Below are positions 1 to 13,389 of a DNA stretch of 64,000 bases, one piece after another; position 1 is the stretch's first letter, and every line of letters starts with the position of its first letter. The position numbers were made by a program, and so were the translations under genes. The DNA is from a virus, in IMG/VR virus record IMGVR_UViG_3300045125_000031, positions 37,242 through 101,241 of that record. One strand, written 5' to 3'. The notes beneath the pieces were generated by a model, which did not search any database, was not told the origin of the DNA, and saw nothing but the letters and a program-made list of their open reading frames with translations.

Positions 1-34
1 ACATCTGCCAATTCCTTAACACCTCTTTATTTAT

Positions 35-370
35 TTATTTTACTAGTACCAGATACAACTGAGCATCTGCATTCTGGATTAACCAGATGCTGCATCAATT
101 ATTTGATAAACTGTAGGAAGATCTAGAAGTATCCTCTAAGTTGATCTCTGTCTTCTGCCAATTCTGGCTTGTATTGTTTCATTGCAATTTGAACACAGTC
201 CATTAAAATATCCATTGACTTTTCGTTGTCTTCTGCTACTGAAGTTAACTCATCGAACTTTAGCATGAATGGTCTTAAAAGAGATAATCTTCAAGTGCTC
301 TTACTTGAATCTCTGTATTATCGATTAATGTAATTGATTTCTTATTTTCTTTATGGCTTGTCGTAGCCAT
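35..370 (-). CDS. Tail assembly chaperone-like protein (short paralog)
   Basis: Hand translation across indels: MATTSHKE...IAMKQYKPE...LDLPTVYQIIDAASG. It lies downstream of the major tail gene and has a GGAGG-like RBS. Function is inferred from position. Confidence 0.5.
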
Positions 371-414
371 TTTTCCTCCTTAAGGTATTGAATTAATTAT
401 ACCATAGTGAGCCT

Positions 415-1124
415 TTATTTTTGTGTAAGATCCTCGTAATCTAAGACCCATTCCAATTCCAAACCCTGCCTTTTGTGCATTTATATCCCTGTAATGCAGT
501 AACATCGTTAGGGTCATTTGTTGCTACCTCTACTAAATACTCTAGCCTTCATCTCTTCCCACTCTATCTGACCTTTTATTGTTATTTGCTTTATCTAAAT
601 CTACACCCTGCATTGCAGCCAAGAACTTCTTTCTGGGAATAGTCTAAGTTCTCTACTTGTTTCTAATGTTGCCATTAATTCTGGCATTGATAATGATGAT
701 TCTAATTCTTGATAATCTTTCCAAATACCCAGCAAAAATACTTCTGACTCTAGTTTTGCTAAGATCTAATTCATCCCACTGTAGATCCGCTTTCTGTGCT
801 TGATCTTTTACTGTTTCTTCTAGACTTTTTATTAATTTTAATTCCAGCAGCAATATCTAAAATTTTATATATTGTTGGCAAATCAATATTATCTTCTAAC
901 TCTTCTATAGTGTTGATATTTCTGGATAGTACTGCTTCATTGCTATATCTAGTACATTCTACAAAAGCATCTATAGCCTCATCATCGTTGGTTTGCAGTT
1001 TTAATATTTTGCAAATGCTTCCATAAATTCACGTAAGATACTTTATTTTAAGTGGATTAATATCAGTTCTGTTACCATCTAATAAGTTCTAATATGTTTC
1101 ACTTTTATATACAGTAGTTGCCAT
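415..1124 (-). CDS. Tail assembly chaperone-like protein (long form, frameshifted)
   Basis: MATTVYKS...IAMKQYYPE...IDLPTIYKILDIAAG...WDELDL...GFGIGMGLDYEDLTQK*. It directly follows the major tail gene. Confidence 0.5.
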
Positions 1125-1150
1125 AGCCTATTATATCTATTATACCATAA

Positions 1151-1180
1151 CAACAAAGCCCACCTCCGAAGAGATGGGCT
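1151..1180 (-). terminator. Intrinsic terminator after major tail gene
   Basis: AGCCCA-CCTC-cgaa-GAG-ATGGGCT hairpin with a T-rich run following on the minus strand. Confidence 0.65.
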
Positions 1181-1201
1181 AAGTCGTATAATTATATTAA
1201 A

Positions 1202-1857
1202 TTATGATGCTGGTGTGAATGTACGATCTACGATCTTACCGTATGAACCAGATGTGTCCTCTGGAAGCAGACGGAATGAAACTTCAAACATTGATGCCTC
1301 ATCACGCTTTGCAGATACTGTTACATTCTCAATTGAGAGTGCACGGTATGCTGTGTAAACACGTTCTACTGTATGCAGAATCATACACAGTCACCTGTTC
1401 CTGGACCAACTGCAACGATACCACGCTCAACTGGACATTCTCCAATGTCACCTGCTGAAAGGTTAAGTGCTGCGTTACCTGCAGACTGTTGTACCAGATA
1501 TCTTTGATCTTTGACTATGCCAAAGACAATAAGAAGATTTTCTAGTGTTGCTTCTGCAAATGCAGTAGCAAGGTTTACCTGCATGCCCTGCTTGTAAAGT
1601 TTAGCAACGTCAAGAACCTGGTCAACCTGCAACTTCACCGAAGTCTGGCTGGAACTGTAGTTCCAAGACCATTCATTGTGTAACCTACGTTACGGATAAC
1701 CTGCCTCATCGGAAAGAGTTGTCTTGTATGATACGACCTGCAGTTAGTATCCTAGAATGCTGTACACCTGCTTCTGGTAGAACACCATCTGTCGTATGTG
1801 AAGCAGTGCTGCTGCACCAACGATGATATTATTGCTAGTACCACGTGTATATGCCAT
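1202..1857 (-). CDS. Major tail (tube) protein, frameshifted
   Basis: Joined ORFs MAYTRGTSNNIIVGAAAL...VDQVLDVAKLYKQGMQVNLATAFAEATLENL...SAKRDEASMFEVSFRLLP. Position is between the neck genes and the chaperones, with a terminator behind it. Confidence 0.7.
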
Positions 1858-1934
1858 GTATTTCACCTCTTCCTTGTATAGTAAATATAAAAGTTTGGCG
1901 ATGTTTCCTCATTGATAATTATACAGCCTTTTTA

Positions 1935-2519
1935 TTAGTTTATATGAGTCTATTACGTCTTGCATTTGATGGTAATCGTAGTCTATGATGATCTTGTTCC
2001 CCGCATAAGTTCGGGCTGTTGCCGAAGTCGACTATAGTCTCTTGCCTCTTCTAACTGATAGACTTTAATAGTTATGGAAGTAGAACTTACACAACATGCC
2101 ACCAATACCACCTGCGTCACTCTTGATTTGGCCCATGCGTGTTAACTCTTGAGCTGTTTCATCTCCACGATCTAAGTATCTCAGTACTATTTCTTGTAGT
2201 TATGTATCATTGTTTGGTACTGGATTAGCTGCCTGTGCATAAATAATAATATAAAACCTGTTCACATTTAATGATGTGGAAATGGCCTGTCTACGCATTC
2301 TAAATCATTCTGTCCCATTAACAGCCATGACTCTTGAGTTTCTGGAAATGATGTATTAGAAGTGCCTCAAGACTAGAAGGGCCTGTTGGGAATAATGGAA
2401 ATATTAATAATGAGATTTCCTGTATTATCTGGATCTACAATCTGGCTTAAGTTTTTCTTGCAGGTATGTGTTAATCCATAGCACTGGTGTATTTAATACT
2501 GATGTATTGATTCTGTCAT
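1935..2519 (-). CDS. Putative tail terminator/neck protein (heavily frameshifted; end approximate)
   Basis: Start MTESTSVLNTPVLWINTYLQEK; assigned by synteny only. Confidence 0.4.
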
Positions 2520-3206
2520 TTAATTGCCCACCGCATTATGCTACCCATCTGATATCCAGCCTTAAGTCCTACAGATGCTACCGCCACGCTTTCCTGCATT
2601 CTGAAGTTTTTTGCTATAAACCTTTGGATTACTTAAAGTATTGTCCAAGGCCACTTGATCTCTAAGAATGATTGTCTAAAATATACTTCAAAGAAGTTCA
2701 GAAATAACATTTTGCAAAAGTGTCCCTCTGTCTGTCCTCCAGGATTCTTTACAGCTAACTTCTCTTGAAGTAAATACTTCTTCTCCGTTTATTTCAAACC
2801 TTAGTGCCTAGTGCTTTTGTTGGTTTAATTGTTACGGCAATACCTATTTCCATAACTTCTTGCTTTATTATAAAATGGAACATTAGATCCATTGTTTAAT
2901 TGATGTAGATTGTTTTAATGATGATCTAAATGTTAAACCAATATTACTAATTGTATAGTCAATATCAAATAATCTTGCTTCTGGACTTCCAGTTTTATGC
3001 CATTCATACACATGGTGCAATAACTCTGGAGATACTCTTGCGTTAGCATCTATAAACTGTCCTGCTAATTCTGATATCTGTGGTCCTAATGCTGTGTACA
3101 TAGCCCTCTTGCCACGATTAACTCCTTCTATAAAGCCAGTGGAGTAGTTCATTATATTATTCATTTCTTTTTCAAACTGTTTGCTATTAAATTTTACTCT
3201 TAACAT
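2520..3206 (-). CDS. Putative neck/tail-completion protein (frameshifted)
   Basis: ORF 2883-3206 (ELLHHVYEWHKTGSPEARLF) continues in another frame to about 2520; synteny. Confidence 0.45.
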
Positions 3207-3655
3207 TAAACATCTACCGCCTGATTTTCAGATCTACGAATAATCAATTTATAATATTCTACACTTCCAAACGGACCAGTGAATGGATCCTGTGCTGCTA
3301 TTTCAAATATTGTAGATTTTCCTGCACGAGGACCTGAAGTTTCTAGATATATTTCGTTGCAATTTTTATCACGAATGTTTGTAATGATAACGTTAGTAAT
3401 TGAATTACGAGCCTCTAAACTTGAAATTCTAATATCAGTTTTAGCACGTCCAAGCAATGTTTTATCTTGTGTTATATTTATATTTGGAATAACTTCTTCT
3501 TTAAATGCTGTACCTGCTGGAGCAAAAGAACATGCAATTGTTCTATCTAATATCCAAGTCTTTTTAACTTCTCCATAAATACCTTGCTCAACTATTGGAT
3601 GATAAACATCTGCTTGCATTGGGAATGCGAAGTCTGTAGTTTCGCATATTGTCAT
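3206..3655 (-). CDS. Putative head-closure protein
   Basis: Intact 149-aa ORF overlapping both neighbours; size and position fit a head-closure gene. Confidence 0.5.
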   Translation of the reverse strand: MTICETTDFAFPMQADVYHPIVEQGIYGEVKKTWILDRTIACSFAPAGTAFKEEVIPNINITQDKTLLGRAKTDIRISSLEARNSITNVIITNIRDKNCNEIYLETSGPRAGKSTIFEIAAQDPFTGPFGSVEYYKLIIRRSENQAVDV

Positions 3656-4537
3656 TATAGTACTCCGACAAAATTGATAGGCTTTTCATACTTAGAAAGT
3701 ATCTTGTCTACAATTAAATTACCAGTTCCACTAAATAATGCTTTATCAAATTGAATTCTAAACTGATCTGTATTATATGAACCAATATATCTTTTATAAT
3801 AATCTAATCTGCCACAATCAATATCGTGTATTAATAACTCTGTTGCTCTCTTAATATCTGATGGAACTTTATTATAACCAACTTCTAAAACTATTTGATA
3901 ATTCCAACCCATTGGAAATCCTCTTTGAGAAAAATTAAAATCTATATAGTCTGTTGGGGATCCAGGATATAGTATTGGTGCTGATTCATTCTTATTTATT
4001 AAACCTGCATATGTCATTGTCAATGCAGAACCGTCTCCAGTTATTTCAAATTTTACTAAAGAATTTTCTATATCATCAGCATCATACAACAAAACATTAT
4101 TTTCATAAACTTTTAAAATATTTTTTGCATTAACCTATAGTGGGATGTAATCTAATCCTAAACCTGTTGTTTCAATTACCTTTTTCTTATAATAAAATTC
4201 TTGATCTGGCAAATATGCATCAATAATTGCTCTTGCCAATTCTTCATTTTTCTTATATGACTCTATCTCTGTAGCAGTTGATCCATTATCATTTGGGTTT
4301 GAGTATGGTCTTACTACATCTACATATGTATCTTCTCCATCTACCGTGATTTTATATTGATTATCATATTTTGAAGATAGTGGAATAGTTATTTTGCCTG
4401 ATGCATTAGATGTAACTTCTCCTGTGAGTTTCTGAAGAGTCCGCCATATCAGTAATAGCGTATTCATACTCTGTAGTTGCTAAAGCAACATCAAGCATAA
4501 CGCTTAAATTATATGGCGGAACTCTTAGAATTTCCAT
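3655..4537 (-). CDS. Head-tail connector/adaptor (frameshifted)
   Basis: MEILRVPPY start; fragments ELARAIIDAY and GYNKVPSDIKRATELLIHD resemble gp6/gp15-type adaptors. Confidence 0.55.
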
Positions 4538-4998
4538 CTAGTTGCCAAACTCCTTGGCTACTTCTTCTGGTGTAGCAAGTCTAACGTGGCTACGTGTTAA
4601 CCACTTTTCAGCCTGATCTGGTGTAACGATGTTATATCCACGATATACCTTACCAACTGAACTCCAACTTACATTCTTTGTAGAATAGATTGCTACTGTC
4701 TTCTTTGGCTTCGCTGAAGAAGCTATTAACAACCTGCTTGACTGGACGTGGTGTTTCAGCAACACCAATAACGCCATTTTCTATTGATCCTACAGCCTGA
4801 ACTGTATCACTTGAAGATGCGCTAAGATCTGCTGTTGTAATAGCATCAGAAGACTCTGGTACTTCAGAAACTGATGCCTCAACATTATTTTTCTTGAGCA
4901 ACCGCTTCAACATTAGTTGATGGCTGATTGTTTTCTAACTTGTATTTTTCCCAAGCGTTTAATTCCTGGGGTTGTTCTGCATTATTGTTTTCTTCCAT
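4538..4998 (-). CDS. Hypothetical head-associated protein (frameshifted)
   Basis: MEENNNAEQ start with GGAGG RBS; C-terminus VRLATPEEVAKEFGN. Confidence 0.5.
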
Positions 4999-5041
4999 TA
5001 TTTACCTCCTTGTGACTATTATAACAGAATAATAAAAGTTA

Positions 5042-5074
5042 AGAGGGGGAGGAGAATTAACCCCTTCCCCCTCT
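5042..5074 (-). terminator. Intrinsic terminator after major capsid gene
   Basis: AGAGGGGGAGG...CCTTCCCCCTCT inverted repeat followed by a T-rich tract on the minus strand. Confidence 0.75.
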
Positions 5075-5094
5075 CAAAGGTTACTGCTTACAGA

Positions 5095-6233
5095 TTACTC
5101 TGCTGCAGAGTCTGCCCATGCGATTGCATCTTCTTCTTCCCATTGGATACCGAAGCGAACGAATACAGTATATTCAATTGTATCCTTCTTCGCAACGTAT
5201 TCACGGTTTACGATGATATCACGCTGGAAGCCCCAAACACGGTTCTGTGGGAATGTCAAGTCGACATAACCTGCAGGGTAGTAAGGAACTTCTTGGACAT
5301 CGATACCTAGAACACGAGTTGTACGTGCTCCACCGAATGTCTGACCAGCACCGTCTAAGTAAGACTGTGTGTTGGCGTATGTATTACCATTCTTGCCAAG
5401 TGCTTCAGCGATAGCATCTGAAAGAGTACCGTTATTCTTAACGATACCTGCGAATGCATCTGTACCTACATAGAACTTAAGATTATTCTTAAGTGCACGG
5501 TACTTGCGTGGCATAGCGAGAATGATGTCCTGCATTACTGCAGGTGTCCAAGCATTGTCAGCAACAGTGATTGCTGCTTCATGCGAGTCTCCATTATCCT
5601 TGTGCTTCTTGATGAAGCCAGGCATAATTGAAAGGAAGTGGCGCTGTTGCACCATCACCGTTGATAGCAAGATCTTCAATGTCATTTGCGAATGCATTTG
5701 TCATCAAGCGAACGAGATGATCTTCTAATGCACCACCTTCGACATTGTCTTCTAGTGCTTCAGCAGATACTTCCCAATCTAGACGAATCTTCTTGGTTGT
5801 AAGTTCTACCTTTGTAGAATGTCGCACCAGTGTTTGTATAGTTTCCAACTGCTTGAGCAGCAGCACGAATTACACGCTCACCAACGTTGATCTTCTCAAG
5901 TTCCATGGTGTTTGCTCTCATCGTCACACGACGACCATCTTGAGCGAGAACTGTAGCATCCCAAACGTAGTCAATAAAACGACGTGCCTGTTCAGGGCGT
6001 AGGATTCCGCTTGCAGCATCACCCGAAGGGTTTACGGCATTAGGACCAGTGGTAACACCAAGGTTAGCGTTAGGAATATTTCCTAGTGCGCCACCATCAG
6101 TATAATTGCCAGGGATGTTTGATCCTGCTTCAGAACCTGATGCGAATGCACCTTGTCCCTGATATAAACCTGGTGTTGTTCCACCGAGTTGGCCTGATTC
6201 TCCTGGCTGGTTTTTCTTAATTTCTTCCGACAT
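5095..6233 (-). CDS. Major capsid protein (HK97 fold), frameshifted
   Basis: MSEEIKKNQ...GILRPEQARRFIDYVWDAT...KIRLDWEVSAEALEDNVEG...FANDIEDLAINGDG...EYTVFVRFGIQWEE. It follows the protease gene and precedes a strong terminator. Confidence 0.85.
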
Positions 6234-6261
6234 ATTGTCACCTCCTAAGTGATTCTGCTTA

Positions 6262-7597
6262 TTAATTACTAAATAAGTCGGCTGTTTTGAGGAAACGTCC
6301 GCCCCATAGGGATTTTTCAACCATTTCTGGTCGATCCTGTACGATCTCGCCTAGATCTCCAGACTTTCGGAAAGCAGTATCTGCTTCTACTGCATCTACT
6401 CTCTTTCCAAACTTATCAACATGTTCAACTGTTGCAGCAATGTCTTTGGCGACTGCATCAAGTGAACTCTTTACTGCTGCTGTATCGACCTTTGTAGACT
6501 TAAGCATTTCTACTTCTGCCTGCAAAGACTTTACAGTTTCAACTAAATCGCTAAAGGCTGATGTAATTGTACTCTTGATTTCTGCAACTGCTTCAACAAT
6601 TGCTTCATCTGACTTAGATACTTCTGTTGCAACTTCTGCTGCTGGTGCTTCAACTGATTCTTCAGCCTTTGCAACTTCTTCTGCTGGAGTCTCTTCAGAC
6701 TTTTCAACAGTATCTTCTGCTACTTCAACCTCTTCAGATTTTTCAGTAACTTCTGCAACAGTAGTTTCAACTACGGCATCTGCCTCTGGAGCGATTTCTT
6801 CTGACTTAGTAACTTCGGTTTCTTCAACCTTTGTCTTTTTTGCCATAGGATTATCCTCCTTCTTAATCTTAGCATCAATGCCTTTAGCACTATCTACTAA
6901 GAATTTGACTATATCCATTTTTTCATTATCCGTTTTTTCAACGAACCCTATATTTTTCATTTCATTTCCGTTAACTGGACTTGTTACAGATTCCTCTTCT
7001 GACACCATAACCAAACCAGACTCTTCATCATAAAAAACATTTTCTAATGCAACATCTTGTCCCTTAACAACATCTACTCCATCCACCTTTTCAACTTGCA
7101 TAATGTTTGCAAACTGATTTGCTGGAGAATCAACTAATGACAACTCAACAAGATCATAATCTTTAATAATTCTAATTGTGGAATCTGACTTCTCATCGTA
7201 ACCGTCATCCCACTTATTCATACGACCACCAATAGAGAATCCTGTTAGTGTACCGTCCAAAACTTTTTCCCATGTATCTTGTGCACCCTTTGAAACATAT
7301 GCTGAAACAAAAACACCAGAATAAAACTTTTTAGATTCTGGATCAAAGTATCTATCTTCTTTAAAATTAACCATTTTACCAACAGCAAGTGGCTGGTGCA
7401 TTTCACGAATGTTTCCACGGAATTTTGAAAATGCTTTTAGTGATGCTTCTGCTGTAACTATATCGTCCTTGCTTATCAACATTATCAAGAGATGCAAAAC
7501 CAGAGACGATACGTCGCTCCTTATCAACCTTCGCAAATGGAAGGGAAAGTCTTACTGAGTCGCCAGTGGTATCCCAATGGGCTTTAGATATAGTCAT
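6262..7597 (-). CDS. Prohead protease fused to an acidic scaffold-like region
   Basis: HK97-type protease motifs IREMH, TGFSIGG and ELSLVDSPAN, followed by an E/A/K-rich coiled C-terminus. Confidence 0.85.
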
Positions 7598-7635
7598 ACT
7601 AGAATATATTATAGAGCCTTTTTTGCGATATCTCA

Positions 7636-9252
7636 ATTACTGAGATGATCGACCTTCACCCTTTGGATTTCTTCCAGTAATTGTGGCTGACCCATCGGAC
7701 TGATTATTTGTTCTTTCTGCATCCCGTGCTCTATCAGCATTATCGTTTGCTGCTTGCTCTGGCTTTAGGATTGAAATGGCTCATCTCCATCCTTCCCTTT
7801 GAGGAAGTCCTAGTGCAGTTCATTAGCTTCATTTGGAAGCATTACCTGAGTCTTTACATATCTTTCAAGAATCTGAGACTGAGCAATTTCATCTGTAAGA
7901 GTTAGTTCCTTAAACTTAAGTTCTAAAATATCAGTCTTTTCTTTAATTATCTTATTAATTATTTTCTCAATTTCTTTTGTGCTGGTCTTGCTACCTGCTC
8001 TTTAAATGTACGATCTTGAGCAAGTGCTGCTGCAATTGAACCTGCATCTGCACCACCTAGTCTTTGAAAGTAGGAACTTGATGAGCAATCAAAATATCAT
8101 CACGATTTTGCTTTACGATACTCTTTCAAATGAACCTTCTTGAATACCGTTTTCAATTGGCTCCATCTTAAATTCAACCTTGTTATTATCTGTATCTCCA
8201 GGAAGTGGGATATAAAGAGTTCTGTGTGATTGAGACTTTAAGACCTGTCTGTAAGAATCTAAACATTTTATCTTCTGCATCTAGCTGATAGTTGTAGCAC
8301 CCTTTAGGGTCATAATATATCTTGGGACAGCCTTATTTTCAAAATAATCAATGTTATATTGTGACGCTAAGCTGGTCTCCATGAGCAAGTTGGCATTGCC
8401 GACAATAATATCTGGAACACCATAAAATGTATTTAATGGAGAGTATTGTTTAAAGTGTATTATTTCATTTGGTCTTGGATCCGCTGTAACTGGATTCGGA
8501 TTTTTTGCACCAAAATTTCTAAAATAGACAACCTTATTTCCGATTATCTGAACGTAGCCATCTCGCAATCTACGAACACGCATTGTAGTTGCTGGTATAT
8601 GTCCTACATATCCAATCTCTCCACGAGTGGTTCGTCCAATTTCAAGATACCCGTTTCCAGTTGCTTGTACATCTGTGTAAACCTTCATCATTGTTGTTGT
8701 AAAAGAATCATCATCATTTAATGACTCTAGCCATTCATGCATTTCAATCTTTACACGTTCAATTCTATTTACGTGCTCTTGACACTTGATCCTGTATCAT
8801 TATTTGATTCTAGCCTAAGCATTGTGCTTGGTGCAACTTCAAAATCGATAACCTAAACCAACAATGTTTTCTACCTTTGCATCAATGGCAGCATGGTTAG
8901 CAAAAGATGTATCGTAATAATTTGCAAGTTCATAAACATTGTATGGCGGTGTAATTACATCAAACAGTCCATAGCCATTTCTGTATACTGTTCCAGGATT
9001 AATCTCTTTTGACTTTGCATCTCCAAGTCCGTGTTGCTCTGCTCTTGCGCTATCGATATAACCTTGTCCTGGATCGTTTGCTGACTTTTCCATAAAACGT
9101 GATGTTCTTCTTTTAAAGTTATTATCCAAACCAGAGTATGACTTTAATTCTGTCCATGTCTTATTAAAAGGATCTGATGTTTTAAAAGAGTCAGTTGGCT
9201 CTATAATATTATCAATACTTGCTCTAAGAATATAATCTTGATCTTCTGACAT
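7636..9252 (-). CDS. Portal protein (frameshifted)
   Basis: Fragments NHAAIDAKVENIVGLG, TGNGYLEIGR, NEIIHFKQYSPLNTFYGVP and YFENKAVP are typical portal motifs; gene lies upstream of the protease. Confidence 0.85.
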
Positions 9253-9653
9253 TATTCTTCGTCTCCATACTTTGCAATAGTATCTTTTGCTGCTTGTACT
9301 GCTCCAAGGTCATTTAAGTTAGGAATTAATCCAGCCTTCATTCTATCTACTTGTTCACTGTACTCTTCGTCAGTAACTCTTCCCATACCCGCAAAAATAT
9401 GGCTCCCCATCTGGCTCTCCATAATATGCTGCTGCTTGTTTTAATTCTGCAATTCTTGCAAGATCACCCTTCATTGATGGAATGTTTAATATGTTTCCAT
9501 TTCCATCAGTAAACCACTTACCGTTAGACTTTTCCAAACATAGATACCCCAGTCATACTGCTTGTCGATTAGTGTAACCTTGGTTTCGCCTATCTGGCCA
9601 GGCATTCTTGGCTTGCCTTTTTTGTCAAAAAGTGGCTGATCTTTGTGTTTCAT
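9252..9653 (-). CDS. Hypothetical protein (frameshifted)
   Basis: Hand translation MKHKDQPLFDKKGKPRMPGQIGETKV...IAKYGDEE*; extended -10 seven nt upstream. Confidence 0.5.
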
Positions 9654-9671
9654 AACCACCAGTATACCATA

Positions 9672-12600
9672 TCATACTGCAGATGAGGTAGACTGTTGCC
9701 ATAAAACGTCTTGGTAGATATTGTACTCACATTCACCAATACCAAAAACCTTATCTGTACCAGTTATTATTTTATTTGTTCCTACGTAACTCTTATATAC
9801 ATCTTCTGGGTCTACACCATAATAACTAATTGAAGACTGTACTAGAACACCGTTCCATAGGAAGAACTCTGGTACCCAATACTCCCAATCTAAGGTCAAA
9901 GGCCCAGATCTCTTTACCTGGAACCAAGGTCGCTTAGAAACCTTTTGAACTTCCTGTAAGTTGGTAGATTGATAATAAGATATATTGTTAAATAACAATG
10001 GTCCGTTTAATTTTATAGATCCAAATACTCCAGAAATATCAAGAAGGTTGAAGAAAAAGAAATACCAAGGAACGCCCACTGTTTAATGGTTAGGACTGGG
10101 TCCTTAACAATCTTGCCATTGAGATAAAATGCTATTCCATTTTCTATTCTTCCAGTTAATGCATTAACTCCGTAGATCTTTCCTCTTCGTCCAGTTTGAT
10201 CATTTGCAACTATATAAAATCTTAATGTATGAATTTTTGCTTCGTGATTTCAAATATTTGTTGAGGCGCATATGGGAAGTAGTCTTCATCAAATCTAACT
10301 GCAAGTTGCATAGCCATAATCTTATCGAAGTCTGAAGTTTGATTTTCATTTATTGGAATCAGCAAACCTCTATTGATTAAAGGATCTTGCTTACCTCTAA
10401 TTTGAATACCACTTGTTCTTGTCATATATAAATATGGCGATGTATTTTTATAAATACTGTAAGGATTTTTTCCTTTGTAGTTATAATAAATGCCAGATTT
10501 TTTATACGGATACATCTTTACATAAGGACTTGTTCCTATAGGGTTGCTATTATTATTAAAAGCCTGAGAACAATATTCTAGTTTCTTAAGTTTAACTTTT
10601 GTTTCTTAAAATATTTTTTACTTTAAATTCTAGGTGAGTAACCAAAGAAAAGTTCATTAAAGTCTACGTTAGAGGGAGGATAAATAATCATATTATCTAT
10701 AACTTCGTACTTACTACTTACCCAGTTGTTTCCTGGTTCTACAGTTCCTTCTTTTGCTGCTGGTTCAATATGTGTAAAGAAAGAACTGCTTTGAGTTGCT
10801 CCTGCCTTAGTGTATTGAAAACTTACAAAAGATCTTACAAGAGATTCACTAGTGTCATATTTATATGTTCTGGTTACATTATATTGTAAATCTTCATAAT
10901 CTCGATATCCAGTAAACAAAAAATTATCCAAAGAGTCGTATGTTCTTTTTTTAGGATAATTAAACTTATTATAAAGTTCTGCATAACTCCATTCTGTTGG
11001 GTCTGTTTCTATTTCAAAAAACTTAGATGGTGCTGGATAGTTTATGTTAAACTGCAAGAAGTCTAGGTCATATACCCTGTCTCCTTCTGCATCATCAACA
11101 AATTGTGCATAATATGTTAGTGGTTGATAATCTTCCCAATATCCAACTGTATCTATATCAAGTTGATATTCATCAAAATATCGTGAAGCAACTAATGTAT
11201 AACTAGCAGTATGATCTAATATTTTATCAAAAGCATTAATCCAGCAGTACCGCCATCCAAAATATAATCCCAGAGTTGTTGATTGTACAGCCCACCGTCC
11301 AAAGTAATAGAATGTATATAATCTTCAATTGTGTCATAATCTGATGGAAGTCCATCTGCACCAAATGCTGGTGCAATTAAAGAATGATTCCTGGCATTTG
11401 AAAGTCCAACCTTATAAATATTCCCATCAAACCATGAAGCAAAATTTTCATCATTTCCAATGTAAAGTTTGCACTGTGAAATATTTCCAAGGATCGCTGC
11501 TACCTCTCCTCCATACCATCTAATTAAATTTTCAATATGGAATCCAGCATAAAACTTTTCACCAGTTATTATTTCTATACTTTCATGCTCAATTTCTGTA
11601 GGTAGATTATCTCCAAACTTTTACAACATATGTAATCTTTTTTGCATCTTGATAAAGATATATGAAAATAATTTGATTAGGATCTATAACTTTAAATAAA
11701 GTCATAGGCTGCTCAACACCATTAATATACTTGCAGATCCAGTTTTCTTGAAATACACCGTAGATACTTTTAACTTCTTGTGCTAAGAAATTTAAATTAT
11801 TAAAATATAGTTGGGCACAGTAGTCAGAGTTTGGCCTTACCTTAAAATATTCATCTCCTAATTCTGAAGGTAACTGAGAGTTTATGGATAGCCAGTCGTT
11901 ATAATATAAACTACTATTTGCTCCTTGATAATTAATTAAAAACTCTGAAGGTTATAGTCTGGCGTAGAAAGCATATTATTTTCATAATTTAAATTATCAT
12001 TTATTCCTTGATTCCAATTTCCTATATCTGGATAAGAATAGTTATTTGAATAGTCAGCAAATGCATAATCAATAAGCAAAGACTGTCCACTATATGCTGT
12101 ATTTATATTATCTGGTGCTTGAACACCCTGTCCAAAAACTAGTCTTCTTTGGCTACAATATTAGAAACTTTATATGGGTATATCCCCACACAATCTATTT
12201 CTATTGGTGACACATCTTCGTATGACCAGAACCCAAGCCATTCTTTTGTAGAGTTAAACTCTAAATCAGCAGTTTTATATGATAAAGACAATACCTCTTC
12301 GCCATTTATATAAAGTTTTGAAGAGTTGTCTAAATATAAAATATGAACAAGCATTGGTCTTGTCCACTCCCAATGTAATGTGATGCTGACTTATTACCTA
12401 TCTTTAAAACTAAAAATGGACCATCTACATATAAACCGCTGTCATTTACTAAACTTCCAAATATCTTTTTAGGTTCTGTAGCATTACAATTTATTCTTAG
12501 CCACATTTCAACTGTATATGTTCTATACTTTCCATTATCATTTAAAAATCCTTCAGATGGAAGAATTAAAGATGGTTTGCCATCGTTTGGAGTTATAACT

Positions 12601-13369
12601 GTACAATTTTCTGTTCCATAAACCATTGGCGCTCCAACATTTTTAGCAACAAGAGAATTTTTCTTAATAAGATAGTACCCAGTGTTTTCTTCTAATCCAT
12701 AAGATCTTGCTGGATATCCGTACTCGGTTTCATCAAATATTCCAGTAGGTATTTGTACTGGAGTAATTCCTAAAGATGTTGACGCAAACTCTTCTGACCA
12801 TTGTCCAAGTGTTAAACCATTTACTAAAATTGTGTTTTCTTCAGAATCAGAATACCCGCCAAGAAAGTTTGCTTTAAATACTAATCTCATTTCACCACTA
12901 ATATTCGGTACAGTAAATGAATTAGAAAGGAACATCCACTTTTCCATTATTGTTGTATTAAATATTTTTGTCTTTTTACCCAGTCACCTAGTGGTACATC
13001 GTAATATTCATAACCAATTTCATAACTAGTTATATAAGCACTATTTGAATAGACATAAACACCTATACAAAAAGTTCCTAAATCTTTATTAATATCAGAG
13101 AAATCTAAAATGCTTGAACTAACGCATGAGAAAGAACCGCTATCAGATGATATTACATTACCAGATATTTTAGTTACACTAGAATTTGTAAAAGGTTCTC
13201 CAATTATCCCTAATGCTTCTTCAATTGAACATCCTTCTGTAGCAACTATAAATGTTTCTATCAGCGTCAGATATTAATGATAAATAGTCTGCGCTATCAT
13301 CTAAAGACCAAAGAGCGATTGATGAATTGCGAATGCTTTTTCTGCATATAGGTTAGATTGGATAGACAT
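9672..13369 (-). CDS. Large (~1200 aa) virion structural protein with LamG/concanavalin-like segment, frameshifted
   Basis: Continuous same-strand fragments from MSIQSNLYAEK; YTVEMWLRIN and SSKLYINGEEV are LamG-like motifs. Confidence 0.55.
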
Positions 13370-13389
13370 TATGAGTCTATTTTATCACA

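Noticed and set aside
1-11. Possible tape-measure gene start (TTG GCA GAT GT) with an upstream RBS
   Set aside because: Only 11 nt are inside the window, so it cannot be supported.
6287-7033. 248-aa Ser/Thr-rich plus-strand ORF
   Set aside because: Antisense shadow of the E/A/K/V-rich scaffold region, with no RBS or independent motifs.
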